In this document: positions 8,878 through 18,432 of the stretch, piece by piece
Numbering within the stretch: the stretch's first letter is position 1
How the letters are laid out: each line of letters opens with the position of its first letter
Origin: an uncultured Opitutus sp.
Lineage (GTDB): Bacteria; Verrucomicrobiota; Verrucomicrobiia; Opitutales; Opitutaceae
NCBI GenBank assembly: GCA_964450575.1
Contig: CAYVDZ010000001.1
Location: forward strand, 1 to 32,883
Length of the DNA stretch: 32,883 bases
Direction: 5' to 3'
Translations under genes and position numbers: made by a program
Notes under the pieces: model-generated
What the model was told of the DNA's origin: nothing
Databases searched by the model: none
Seen by the model: the letters and a program-made list of their open reading frames with translations, nothing else

Positions 8878-10422
8878 TCATTGTCCGCCTTCCAGGAGCA
8901 GATGATCGAGAGCGGTGAGCCGGAGGACATGCCGGACATTCTCCTGTGGATTTGAGAACAGAACCTCCACGTGCCGGGACTGCGTCCATCGTTTCAATCG
9001 TAGCATCAGGGCAGCGCCGGAACTGTCGATGAACCGAAGTTGGGCAAGGTCGACGATGATCAACGTGGTCGCGTGATCGGTGAACGTCTGGAAGTGGCTC
9101 AGGCTCAGATGCCAAACTTCATCGGCGTTCGCGGCGACAATCTCGCCGCACCAGGCGAGGGAGCGGGTTTCGCCCCGGCGGACGAGGACGCAGCGGGTGA
9201 AGAGCCGCTCACTCTTCTGTCTCGCGGTCGCCTCGTTGTCGGCGACCGAGAAGTGATCGGTGAGTTTAAGCTGGCTGAGTATCCGGCGAATCGCCTGGGA
9301 TGGTGCGAGGAGCACGAGTTGCTGGTTGCACCTCTGGAGCAAAGTACGCCAGCGCAGCAGGAAGGCGATTCCCGTGGCATCGATGCTTTGCAGATGGGCG
9401 CAGTCGACGAGGCAGTGTTGGCCGGATGTTTGAAGTTCGCGCCAGAAGTCGGACTGCCCACGGAGCGCGGCCCGGGTGAGATGGGTGCCCGCGTCGACCG
9501 CTCGCCAGCGGGGGTTCTTCAACGGAAGCTCTTGCGCCCGGGATGCGGCATGGGGACGAGTCCGAAGCCTCCACCATTGTTGCGCCAACAGGGGAGCGAA
9601 GTACACGACATCCCAGGCGTAACGTTTATACAGGCGCCGCGGCTCCTGCGCGAGACGGTAGAACCATTCGGTGCCCGTGCGCCGCATCCAGCGGGGAGCG
9701 CGTTTTTTCCTGCCGGCCAGAAAATCCAGCGTCGCCCCCACGCCAATGGTCACGGGTACCCCCAACGCTCGATGGTGCATGGCGATCCATTTTTCCTGTT
9801 TCGGACAGCCAAAGGAGACGAGGAGGATGTCGGGCCTTGCCGCTTGGACGCGACGAAGAATCTCGTCATGGTTCATCTCGAGCAGGGCCGAGAAAGGTGG
9901 CGCATAATGGCCCACGACCTGGAGAAGTGGATCCTGCTGTTGAAGGCGTTCGGTGGCGGCGGCAGCGACACCGTCTGCGGCGCCGAGCAGAAAGACCCGA
10001 TGTCCTTTTTCCGCGGCTGATTGGAGCAACGCGGGAGCCAGATCGGAACCGGCCACGCGTTCGGGCAGGGGATTGCCGAGCCAGCGGGACGCCCAGACGA
10101 GGGGAGTGCCGTCGCAGAGAACGAGATCAGCATCGAGCAGGATGCGCCGCAATTCGACGTCACGATGCGCCTGCACGAGGAAGTCCACATTCGCTGTCAC
10201 CACATAGTGGGTACGTTGCGAGGCGATCATCGCGTCGATGCGCCGAATCGCTTCCGGGATCGTGAGCGAATCGAAGGGCACGCCGAGGACCGCCACGGGC
10301 AACGGGCCGGCGGGCGCCGCAGCGCTGGGAACGAATGCGGGCGCATGGCTTGGGTCGCTTGGGTCGAGAGCAGCCTTTAGCATGGCGGCCAATGCGGAGT
10401 TCATGCCTGCAGTGAACGCCAT
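8878..10422 (-). CDS. WecB/TagA/CpsF (GT26) glycosyltransferase fused to two C-terminal STAS domains
   Basis: VLGVPFD...VVTANVDF...CDGTPLVWAS...RVAGSDL...VSFGCPKQEKWI...GVGATLDFLAG..KRAPRWM...EWFYRLAQEPRRLYKRY, then STAS-like VDCAHLQSIDATGIAFL and VDLAQLRFIDSSGAALM. Start uncertain (10422, 10404 or 10383). Confidence 0.9.
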   Translation of the reverse strand: MAFTAGMNSALAAMLKAALDPSDPSHAPAFVPSAAAPAGPLPVAVLGVPFDSLTIPEAIRRIDAMIASQRTHYVVTANVDFLVQAHRDVELRRILLDADLVLCDGTPLVWASRWLGNPLPERVAGSDLAPALLQSAAEKGHRVFLLGAADGVAAAATERLQQQDPLLQVVGHYAPPFSALLEMNHDEILRRVQAARPDILLVSFGCPKQEKWIAMHHRALGVPVTIGVGATLDFLAGRKKRAPRWMRRTGTEWFYRLAQEPRRLYKRYAWDVVYFAPLLAQQWWRLRTRPHAASRAQELPLKNPRWRAVDAGTHLTRAALRGQSDFWRELQTSGQHCLVDCAHLQSIDATGIAFLLRWRTLLQRCNQQLVLLAPSQAIRRILSQLKLTDHFSVADNEATARQKSERLFTRCVLVRRGETRSLAWCGEIVAANADEVWHLSLSHFQTFTDHATTLIIVDLAQLRFIDSSGAALMLRLKRWTQSRHVEVLFSNPQENVRHVLRLTALDHLLLEGGQ

Positions 10423-10545
10423 TTAGCCCGGCTTGAACATGGGGGCAGACCCTTCCGATTTTGGCGCGCGAGGGCCAACCCGCATCGCTTCTGGGGCCAA
10501 GACCCACTTTTTGGCGTTCACCTGCCGGGTTACACTCCGTGGCGA

Positions 10546-13500
10546 ATGGTCCACCAAGCGAGAGCTACCTTCGAAAGGGGTGCTGACGTCTATCCCCTTT
10601 CTGCGCTCCAACAGGGCATGTTATATCATGCCCTGCAAGGTTCGCGCAGCGTCGATGTCCAACAGGTCATCGGTGAGCTGAACGAAGCGATCGCGCCGGC
10701 GCGCTTCGCGCAGGCGTGGAGCGAGGTGATGGATCGGCAGCCCATGCTGCGTACCGGATTTTCCTGGACCGAAGGAGGGGAGCCCCAACAGCACGTGGGT
10801 TCGCCTGGAACCGTTCCGCTGCCGTTTCATTATGCGGAATTTGAAGACGATCGCGCCGCCCGGCTGCCGCTCGAGGCTTATCTGGAGTGGGATCGGCAGC
10901 ATGGGTTTCCGACGCTCGATGCTCCGTTGCTGCGCGTCGCGTTGTTCCGGGCCGGCTCGGACCACACCTGGTTTGTTGCGACGTATCATCATCTGCTCCT
11001 CGATGCGCGCTCGATGGCCCTGCTCTTTCGCGAAGTGCTGGAGCGGCATGAGGCCCTGCTGGCGAAAGACCCGTTGCGCCTGCCGCCGGCACCTGCATAC
11101 CGCACATTTATCGAATGGCTGCAGACCGGCAATGCGGCCGGCTCAGGTGTTGGATCGGGCGCCGGGCGATTCTGGCGCAACCACCTCAACGGCTTCACGA
11201 CTCCGACGCTCTTGCCGGGCGCACGAACGGTTCTGGAAGACGGCGAATCGGTAAACGCGGGTCGCGAACTGATGTTTCGCCTGCCGGTCGCCACCACGAC
11301 GCGCCTGCGCAGCGTCGCGGCGCGCTATGAAGTCACTGTTAATACCCTGGTGCAGGCGGCGTGGGCTGTGGTGCTCAGCCGCCATTCCGGAGAAGACGAC
11401 GTGGTGTTTGGAGCCTTGCGGGCGGGACGCCACGTTCCCGTGGCGAACGCGGATACGATGCTCGGCGTGTTGATCAATACCGTGCCGGTCCGCTGCCGGT
11501 TCACCCCGGGACTCCGGGTTGCGACCTGGTTGAAAACTCTGCGCGAAGCATGGGTGGCGATGCGGCCTTATGAACACACGCCGCTCACCCGTGTACAGCA
11601 ATGGAGCGAGATCAAGGCAGGGAGCCCGCTCTTCGAAACCGTGCTGAATTATCAAGAGCCCTCGTGGGATGAAACCCTCGCGGACTTGGGTGGAAAATGG
11701 GCGACGCGCCGCTTCGAGGTGCGCAGCCGCCCGAGTTACCCCCTGGCCATCGACGTGTCTGCGGGCACGACCCTGACAACCCGCTGTTTCTATGACCCGG
11801 GCCGGTGCGAAGGAGCCAGCGTCGCGCGGGTGCTGGGACACCTTCGCACTGTGATCGAGGCGCTGGCCGCCGACGCCACCGATCGGGTCGCGGATCTTCC
11901 GATTTTGTCGGCCGCGGAGCGCCGGTTCCTGCTGGTGGAATGGAACCGGACGTCGGCCACGTATCCACGTAGTGAATGCATCCATGCCTTGGTCGAAGCG
12001 CATGCGCGCACTTCGCCGGACCGACTGGCGGTTAGCGATGCCGCCACAGCGCTGACCTATGGTGAATTGAATACCCGGGCCAATCGACTCGCTCACCGCC
12101 TGCTGGACGCGGGCGTCACGCGGGGAACGCCGGTGGCGGTGGGCATGGAGCGATCGGCGGAGATGCTGGTCGCGTGGCTGGCGGTCCTGAAAGCAGGAGG
12201 TGCGTTTGTGCCGCTGGACCCGAATTACCCCGCGGAGCGGCTGGCTTTTCAACTGGAGGACTGCGGCGCTTCGGTGTTGCTGGTGCAGGCACGCGCGCCT
12301 GGCGCTTTGCCCTCGATGGCGTTGCCGCTCACCGTGCTCGAAGTGACCGCCGATAGCGCGGCCTTTGCGGGAGAGTCGGACACGAACCCATCGAGTGAGG
12401 CGGACGCGACTGATCTGGCCTATATCATTTATACATCGGGGTCCACCGGGCAGCCGAAAGGCGTGCAGATTGAGCATCGGGCTCTGCTCAATTTGGTGAC
12501 GTGGCATCAGGGGGCGTATCAGGTTTCGAGTGACGATCGGGCGACGCAGCTTGCCAGTCCGGCGTTCGATGCGTCTGTCTGGGAGATCTGGCCCTATCTC
12601 ACCGCGGGCGCGAGCGTGCACATTCCGGATGAGGAGACGCGCCTCTCGCCCGCGTTGTTATGGAGCTGGTTGGCGGCGAACAAAATTACGCTCTCGTTTC
12701 TCCCGACGCCCCTCGCGGAGGCGGTGATGAATGAACCGTGGCCGCCGGGCCTGGTGCTACGCGCCTTGCTGACGGGCGGCGACACGCTGAAGCGCCGCCC
12801 ACCGGCAGATTTTCCCTGCGAGGTCATCAATCACTATGGTCCGACGGAAAGCGCGGTTGTCGCCACGTGTGGGACCGTGTCGGCGGTCGGAGCCGGTGGG
12901 CGGCCGACGATTGGTCGTCCGATTGCGAATACAACCGCATACGTCCTGGACCGCGCCCTCCAACCGGTGCCCATCGGAGTGGCGGGTGAATTGTATATTG
13001 GGGGCGAGAGTCTGGCTCGCGGTTATTTAAACCGGCCGGAACTCAACGCGGATAAGTTCATTTCCATCTTTCTGGAAAAGAGCAGTGCAGCCCCCGCGCG
13101 CGTGTATCGTACCGGAGACCGGGTCCGTTGGACGCCGGGTGGTGAGCTCGAATTTCTTGGACGGATCGACGGGCAGGTGAAAATTCGCGGATGTCGAATT
13201 GAGCTCGGCGAGATCGAAGCAAATCTGCAGGTGCATCCCGCGGTGCGCGAAGCGCTGGTCGTAGCCCGACCGGACGAACGCGGGGAGCTTCACCTCGTCG
13301 CCTACGCGCTAACCAAGAGCGGGGAAGTTCCGGTGTCGCCCGGAGATTTACTCACTTTCCTCCGGGGAAAGTTGCCGGCCTATATGATTCCTGCCGCGGC
13401 TGTGGCACTCTCGACCTGGCCGGTGACACCGAATGGAAAGATCGATCGAGTGGCTTTGCCCGCGCCGGTAATGGGGAGGGACGCCAGAGTGGTTTCTGCG

Positions 13501-13827
13501 AGTGTGGGGAGCGCCGAGATCTCGACCGCGGAGGAACTGGTGAGTAAGACGTGGCAAGCGGTGCTCGGGCGGGCGATGTTCACGCGCGAAGAAAACTTTT
13601 TCGAGGTGGGCGGGCACTCGCTTCTGGCTGCACAGGTCATCACGCGGCTGAACGCGGCCTTGCCGGTGCGGGTTCCGGTGCGGGTTTTGTTTGATTACCC
13701 TACGTTCGGATCGTTCGCGCGCGAAGTGGAGGCACGCGTTGCCGCCGCGGTGCTGCCGCGGATTGCCCCGCCCCGCGTCAAACGTCGGGCTTCGCAACCG
13801 GACCTCGAACTCGCCAAGCCCAATTGA
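10546..13827 (+). CDS. NRPS module 1: C(DCL-like)-A-T; A code DAWFLGHVVK (Leu-like)
   Basis: C: YPLSALQQGMLYH, HHLLLDA; A: YTSGSTGQPKG, FDASVWE, NHYGPTE, YRTGD, NGKIDR; T: FFEVGGHSL. Code read by eye against GrsA-PheA positions. Confidence 0.93.
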   Translation: MVHQARATFERGADVYPLSALQQGMLYHALQGSRSVDVQQVIGELNEAIAPARFAQAWSEVMDRQPMLRTGFSWTEGGEPQQHVGSPGTVPLPFHYAEFEDDRAARLPLEAYLEWDRQHGFPTLDAPLLRVALFRAGSDHTWFVATYHHLLLDARSMALLFREVLERHEALLAKDPLRLPPAPAYRTFIEWLQTGNAAGSGVGSGAGRFWRNHLNGFTTPTLLPGARTVLEDGESVNAGRELMFRLPVATTTRLRSVAARYEVTVNTLVQAAWAVVLSRHSGEDDVVFGALRAGRHVPVANADTMLGVLINTVPVRCRFTPGLRVATWLKTLREAWVAMRPYEHTPLTRVQQWSEIKAGSPLFETVLNYQEPSWDETLADLGGKWATRRFEVRSRPSYPLAIDVSAGTTLTTRCFYDPGRCEGASVARVLGHLRTVIEALAADATDRVADLPILSAAERRFLLVEWNRTSATYPRSECIHALVEAHARTSPDRLAVSDAATALTYGELNTRANRLAHRLLDAGVTRGTPVAVGMERSAEMLVAWLAVLKAGGAFVPLDPNYPAERLAFQLEDCGASVLLVQARAPGALPSMALPLTVLEVTADSAAFAGESDTNPSSEADATDLAYIIYTSGSTGQPKGVQIEHRALLNLVTWHQGAYQVSSDDRATQLASPAFDASVWEIWPYLTAGASVHIPDEETRLSPALLWSWLAANKITLSFLPTPLAEAVMNEPWPPGLVLRALLTGGDTLKRRPPADFPCEVINHYGPTESAVVATCGTVSAVGAGGRPTIGRPIANTTAYVLDRALQPVPIGVAGELYIGGESLARGYLNRPELNADKFISIFLEKSSAAPARVYRTGDRVRWTPGGELEFLGRIDGQVKIRGCRIELGEIEANLQVHPAVREALVVARPDERGELHLVAYALTKSGEVPVSPGDLLTFLRGKLPAYMIPAAAVALSTWPVTPNGKIDRVALPAPVMGRDARVVSASVGSAEISTAEELVSKTWQAVLGRAMFTREENFFEVGGHSLLAAQVITRLNAALPVRVPVRVLFDYPTFGSFAREVEARVAAAVLPRIAPPRVKRRASQPDLELAKPN

Positions 13828-16800
13828 ATCTCAAAATGGAAGCCACCGAACTACACCCCAACTCGGACCCGGTCCGCTCCGACGGCGACGCCCTCCGGAA
13901 CGGGACAGGACTGCTGCCCGCGACTCCCCTTGGAGAAACCTCCGAGCGTCCGATTCCAGCGTCGTCCGGTCAGCGCCGGCTTTGGTTCCTCGAGCAGATG
14001 GAGCCGGGATCGCCGCTCTATAATATTCCCTATCTCGTGCGACTCAGAGGGCCACTCAACGAGGGGGCGCTGGAACTGGCGCTGGGCGAGATCGTGGCTC
14101 GCCACGAAGCACTCCGCACCAACTTCATCGCGGTCGGATCTGAGCCTACGCAAGTTATCAAGAGGACATGGAACCTGGAATTGCCGGTCACGGATTTGAC
14201 CGCGATTTCCGCCACGTTGCATGAGCCGGAGTTGAAACGCCTGGCGACCGCGGAGGCGAAGAAGCCGTTTAATCTTCAGACCGACCTAATGCTGCGCGTG
14301 CGGATCTACCGCCTGTCGGAAACGGAGCATGCGTTGATGTTGGTGATGCACCATATTGCTTCCGACGGATGGTCGATGGCGATTATCTATCGCGAACTCG
14401 GAGCGTGCTATGAAGCGTTTGCGAACGGGGAAGTTCCCCGCTTGGCCGCGCCGCAGATTCAGTACGCGGATTTCGCGGAATGGCAGCGGGATTATTTGCA
14501 GGGCGAAACGCTCGAACAATTGGTTCGTTTCTGGAAACAGCAGATTGCGGGTGCACCCGCGCTGTTGGAGTTGCCGGCCGACCACGCTCGACCGCCGCTG
14601 CAGTCGCATCGCGGAGAGTGTGTAAAGCTCACCCTGGTATCTGATCTGGTGGCGAAGCTCAAGCGGCTGAGTTCGCAGCAGCGGGTGACGTTCTTCATGA
14701 CGTTGCTCGCGGGCTTTAATGTGGTGCTACATCGTTACACCGGGCAGACAGACCTCGTCGTGGGTTCCCCGGTGGCAGGTCGCGATGCGGCGGAGACGGA
14801 GGAGATGGTGGGATTTTTCATCAACACCGTTCTAATGCGCACCAACCTCTCGGGCGATCCCACCGCAAGAGAGCTGCTGGTGCGAGTCCGGGACATGGCA
14901 CTGGCGGCGTTCGAGCATCGAGAGATGCCGTACGAGAAACTCGTGGAAAAGGTGCAGCCGCAGCGAAACCTCAGTTTCGATCCGATCTGCCAGGTTTATT
15001 TTGCGCTGCAGAATATGCCGACGGCACCGCTCAAGCTGAGCGGGATCGATCTGAGTATTGAACCTGTTTATACTGGCACCGCGAAATCCGATTTGACGGT
15101 TTGGGCGATCGAACAAACGAATGGCGAACTCGAGATTACAGCGGAGTACGCGGTCGACCTTTTCACGGGTGAGACCATCCAGCGCTTTCTTGGTCATTTT
15201 CAAACCGTGCTCGAAGGCATGGTGGCTAATCCGGACGCTCGTCTCTCGGAGCTACCCTTGCTGACGCGACGCGAACGGCAACAGGTGCTGGTCGACTGGA
15301 ACGAGACCGCGATGAACTATCCGCGGGAGAAAACCCTGCCCGAGCTCTTTGCCGGGCAGGTCGCACGGACGCCGGATGCGGTTGCGCTCGTATTTGACGA
15401 TGAGCAGCTGACGTATGCCGAGTTGGATGCGCGGGCGGAAGCGCTGGCCGCGAAACTGCGAGACTACCCGGTGGGTCCGGATACGCTGGTTGGGATCTGC
15501 CTCGAACGTTCGCTCGATCTGATGATTGGTTTGCTCGGTATCCAGAAAGCGGGTGCGGCGTACGTGCCGCTCGATCCGACTTATCCGAAGGAGCGCATAG
15601 CGTTCATGCTGCAGGATTCGCAGGCGCCCGTGCTGATCACGCAGTTGAGCCTTTTGCCGAAGCTTCCTTCGCACCAAGCCGCTGTTATCTGCCTCGACGA
15701 AGAGGAACGTGCGGATGTGGGCCCGACGGATCGGCGCGCCGCGGACAATGCGGCAACCAGGGACGTTCCTGCGCCGACTCCCGACCACCTCGCGTACGTG
15801 CTCTACACGTCGGGATCGACGGGAAATCCGAAGGGCGTGATGGTCACGCACCGCAACGTGGTTAATTTCTTCGCCGGCATGGACCAGGTCCTCGGCCCGG
15901 AACCCGGCGTGTGGCTCGCCGTCACGAGCATCTCGTTTGATATCTCCGTGCTGGAGCTTTTTTGGACCCTGACTCGCGGGTTCAAAGTCGTGCTCTTGTC
16001 CGATACGGCGAAGTTGCCGGGATTGGCGGAAGCGAAACAGGCGTCCCGCTCACCGACGGCGGCGAAGACGATGGATTTCTCGCTTTTCTATTTTGCGAGT
16101 GATGACGGCTCTGCTGCCGGAAACCGCTATCGGCTTTTGTTGGACGGTGCCCGGTTTGCGGATACACATGAGTTCAAGGCAGTGTGGACCCCGGAGCGGC
16201 ATTTTCATTCCTTCGGCGGGTTGTATCCAAATCCCTCCGTGGTCAGCGCCGCGATCGCCGCGATCACGGAACGCGTCCAGATCCGGGCGGGTAGTTGTGT
16301 CACACCGCTGCATCACCCCGCACGCGTCGCGGAGGAGTGGTCGGTGGTCGATAATCTTTCGAACGGCCGGGTGGGAATCTCGGTAGCGAACGGCTGGCAC
16401 GACCGGGACTTTACGCTGCAGCCGCAGAATTTTGCCGATCGCCGCGAGCTGATGCGAAGCAGCATGACGACCATCCGCCGGCTCTGGCGGGGGGAGGCGG
16501 TTGAGTTCATGGGCGGTCGGGGCAATCAGGTACCGATCACGATTCATCCGCGGCCGGTGCAGGCGGAGTTGCCGATGTGGGTGACGTCTGCGGGGAGTCC
16601 CGAGACGTTCAAACTTGCGGGAGAAATGGGAGCGAATGTGCTCACTCACCTCCTTGGTCAGGAACTCGATGACCTCGCGCGGAAGATCAAACTGTACCGG
16701 ACGGCGCGCCGGGATGCGGGCTACGACGGTGACGGTTGTGTCACCATCGCGCTGCACACCTTTGTCGGTGAGGATCTCGAGACGGTGAAGGCGACGGTCA

Positions 16801-18347
16801 AAGAGCCGTTGATCCGCTACCTTGCGGACTCCGCCGATCTCTTGAAGGGATTGTCGCAGGCGATGTATCCGGGTTGTGAGATGAAAAACCTGACCGCGGA
16901 AGAGACCCGGGGACTGGTGGAGTTTTCCTTCAATCGTTATTTTGAGTTATGCGGTCTGCTCGGGACGCCGGAAACGTGTCGGCGGATTCTTTCGAAGCTG
17001 AGTGCCATCGGGATCGATGAAGTGGCGTGTCTGATCGACTTCGGAGTGGAGGTTGAGTCCACCCTTAAGAGCTTGGAGTTGCTCAACAACGTCCGCGCCG
17101 ATTTTCAGTCCCGGGTTCGCGCCCAGGAGGGCGGCGCTTCCAGGCAGCCGCGCTCGCTCGTGGAGCAAATGCACCTTCACGGCGTGACGCATCTCCAGTG
17201 CACTCCCTCGTTTGCCCGGGTGCTGGTGGGGTCGGATGAGACCTTGGACGCGCTGAAGTCGCTGCAAACATTATTGGTGGGAGGAGAGGCGCTGCCGACG
17301 GGTCTGGCTGGTCAACTCCGGAGTGAACTCCCTGGTGCGGTGATCAACATGTATGGCCCGACCGAGACAACCATCTGGTCAACCTGCAGTGCGGTCCGTT
17401 CGGGGGAGAGTGCCACCGGGGCCATTGATATTGGGCGGCCGCTGGCGAACCAGCAGATATATATATTGGACGCAACAAAACAGCCGGTGCCGGTGGGGGT
17501 GCCGGGCGAGCTTTGGATTGGGGGCGATGGCGTTGCTCGCGGTTATTGGCGCCGGCCCGATCTCACCCGGGAGAAGTTTATTCCTGATCCGTTCCGGCCG
17601 GATGGTCGCATTTACCGGACGGGCGACCTCGTGCGTTATCGGGCGGATGGTGTCGTTGATTTTCTGGGACGCGTGGATCACCAGGTGAAAGTGCGCGGGC
17701 ATCGGATCGAGCTCGGAGAGATTGAAGCCGCGCTCATGCAGCATTCGGACATCCGCCAGACCGTGGTGGTGCTGCGAGCGGATAATCCCGACGACCCGCA
17801 GCTCGCGGCTTATATCATTCCGGCCGGATCGGAGGTTCCGGCGCCCAATGCGTTGCGTGACTTCCTGAAACAGAAACTACCCGCGCACATGATTCCAGTG
17901 GTGTACGTGCCGCTGGAGCAGATGCCGTTGACGCCAAATGGGAAAGTTGACCGCAAGGCGCTGCCAGCTCCGCAAGGCAGTCGTGTGAAAGCAGAGGGTG
18001 GGTTCGTGGCGCCGCTGAATAATCTGGAACGTTCGGTGGCGGCGATCTGGCGCGACATCCTGCACGTCGAGCGCGTCGGGATGGACGATAACTTCTTCGA
18101 TTTCGGTGGTCATTCGCTGCAAGTGGTGCAAGTCCAGAATCGGGTTCGTGAGACACTCGGGATCGACGTGCCCGTGTTGAAACTCTTCCAGTTCCCAACG
18201 ATCCGAATGCTCGCGACCTTTCTGGCGGAGCAGTCTGCTCCGGCCGCGGACGATCCGTTCCGTGCGAAGATTGAGGAACGCACGCGTCGCCGGCAAAATG
18301 CCCTCACCATCCGTCGCCGCGGTGCTGCTGCGGTCGAGACCTCATGA
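13824..18347 (+). CDS. NRPS module 2: C(LCL)-A(Gly, DILQLGMIWK) interrupted by a luciferase-like flavin monooxygenase-T
   Basis: C: QRRLWFLEQ, HHIASDGWS; A: YTSGSTGNPKG, FDISVLE; insert about 16071-17100 MDFSLFYF...VWTPERHFHSFGGLYPNPSV...EEWSVVDNLSNGRVG...GIDEVACLIDFG; the A domain resumes with THLQCTPS, NMYGPTETTIWS, YRTGD; T: FFDFGGHSL. Start is TTG 13824 (overlapping the previous stop) or ATG 13836. Confidence 0.93.
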   Translation: MNLKMEATELHPNSDPVRSDGDALRNGTGLLPATPLGETSERPIPASSGQRRLWFLEQMEPGSPLYNIPYLVRLRGPLNEGALELALGEIVARHEALRTNFIAVGSEPTQVIKRTWNLELPVTDLTAISATLHEPELKRLATAEAKKPFNLQTDLMLRVRIYRLSETEHALMLVMHHIASDGWSMAIIYRELGACYEAFANGEVPRLAAPQIQYADFAEWQRDYLQGETLEQLVRFWKQQIAGAPALLELPADHARPPLQSHRGECVKLTLVSDLVAKLKRLSSQQRVTFFMTLLAGFNVVLHRYTGQTDLVVGSPVAGRDAAETEEMVGFFINTVLMRTNLSGDPTARELLVRVRDMALAAFEHREMPYEKLVEKVQPQRNLSFDPICQVYFALQNMPTAPLKLSGIDLSIEPVYTGTAKSDLTVWAIEQTNGELEITAEYAVDLFTGETIQRFLGHFQTVLEGMVANPDARLSELPLLTRRERQQVLVDWNETAMNYPREKTLPELFAGQVARTPDAVALVFDDEQLTYAELDARAEALAAKLRDYPVGPDTLVGICLERSLDLMIGLLGIQKAGAAYVPLDPTYPKERIAFMLQDSQAPVLITQLSLLPKLPSHQAAVICLDEEERADVGPTDRRAADNAATRDVPAPTPDHLAYVLYTSGSTGNPKGVMVTHRNVVNFFAGMDQVLGPEPGVWLAVTSISFDISVLELFWTLTRGFKVVLLSDTAKLPGLAEAKQASRSPTAAKTMDFSLFYFASDDGSAAGNRYRLLLDGARFADTHEFKAVWTPERHFHSFGGLYPNPSVVSAAIAAITERVQIRAGSCVTPLHHPARVAEEWSVVDNLSNGRVGISVANGWHDRDFTLQPQNFADRRELMRSSMTTIRRLWRGEAVEFMGGRGNQVPITIHPRPVQAELPMWVTSAGSPETFKLAGEMGANVLTHLLGQELDDLARKIKLYRTARRDAGYDGDGCVTIALHTFVGEDLETVKATVKEPLIRYLADSADLLKGLSQAMYPGCEMKNLTAEETRGLVEFSFNRYFELCGLLGTPETCRRILSKLSAIGIDEVACLIDFGVEVESTLKSLELLNNVRADFQSRVRAQEGGASRQPRSLVEQMHLHGVTHLQCTPSFARVLVGSDETLDALKSLQTLLVGGEALPTGLAGQLRSELPGAVINMYGPTETTIWSTCSAVRSGESATGAIDIGRPLANQQIYILDATKQPVPVGVPGELWIGGDGVARGYWRRPDLTREKFIPDPFRPDGRIYRTGDLVRYRADGVVDFLGRVDHQVKVRGHRIELGEIEAALMQHSDIRQTVVVLRADNPDDPQLAAYIIPAGSEVPAPNALRDFLKQKLPAHMIPVVYVPLEQMPLTPNGKVDRKALPAPQGSRVKAEGGFVAPLNNLERSVAAIWRDILHVERVGMDDNFFDFGGHSLQVVQVQNRVRETLGIDVPVLKLFQFPTIRMLATFLAEQSAPAADDPFRAKIEERTRRRQNALTIRRRGAAAVETS

Positions 18348-18432
18348 CGATCGATTGTGCAACGTCCGGGATTCAGCGCCGCTGCCGCCTGCGATGCGGC
18401 GGGACTGATTCCGCGTTCCAACGTTTCTCCGC

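Noticed and set aside
10423-10545. Sigma-54-like TGGCGTTCACCTGC and short repeats (TTTTGGCG, GGGCCAA) in the divergent promoter
   Set aside because: GG-GC spacing is 9 rather than 10, and the repeats are too short to distinguish from chance.
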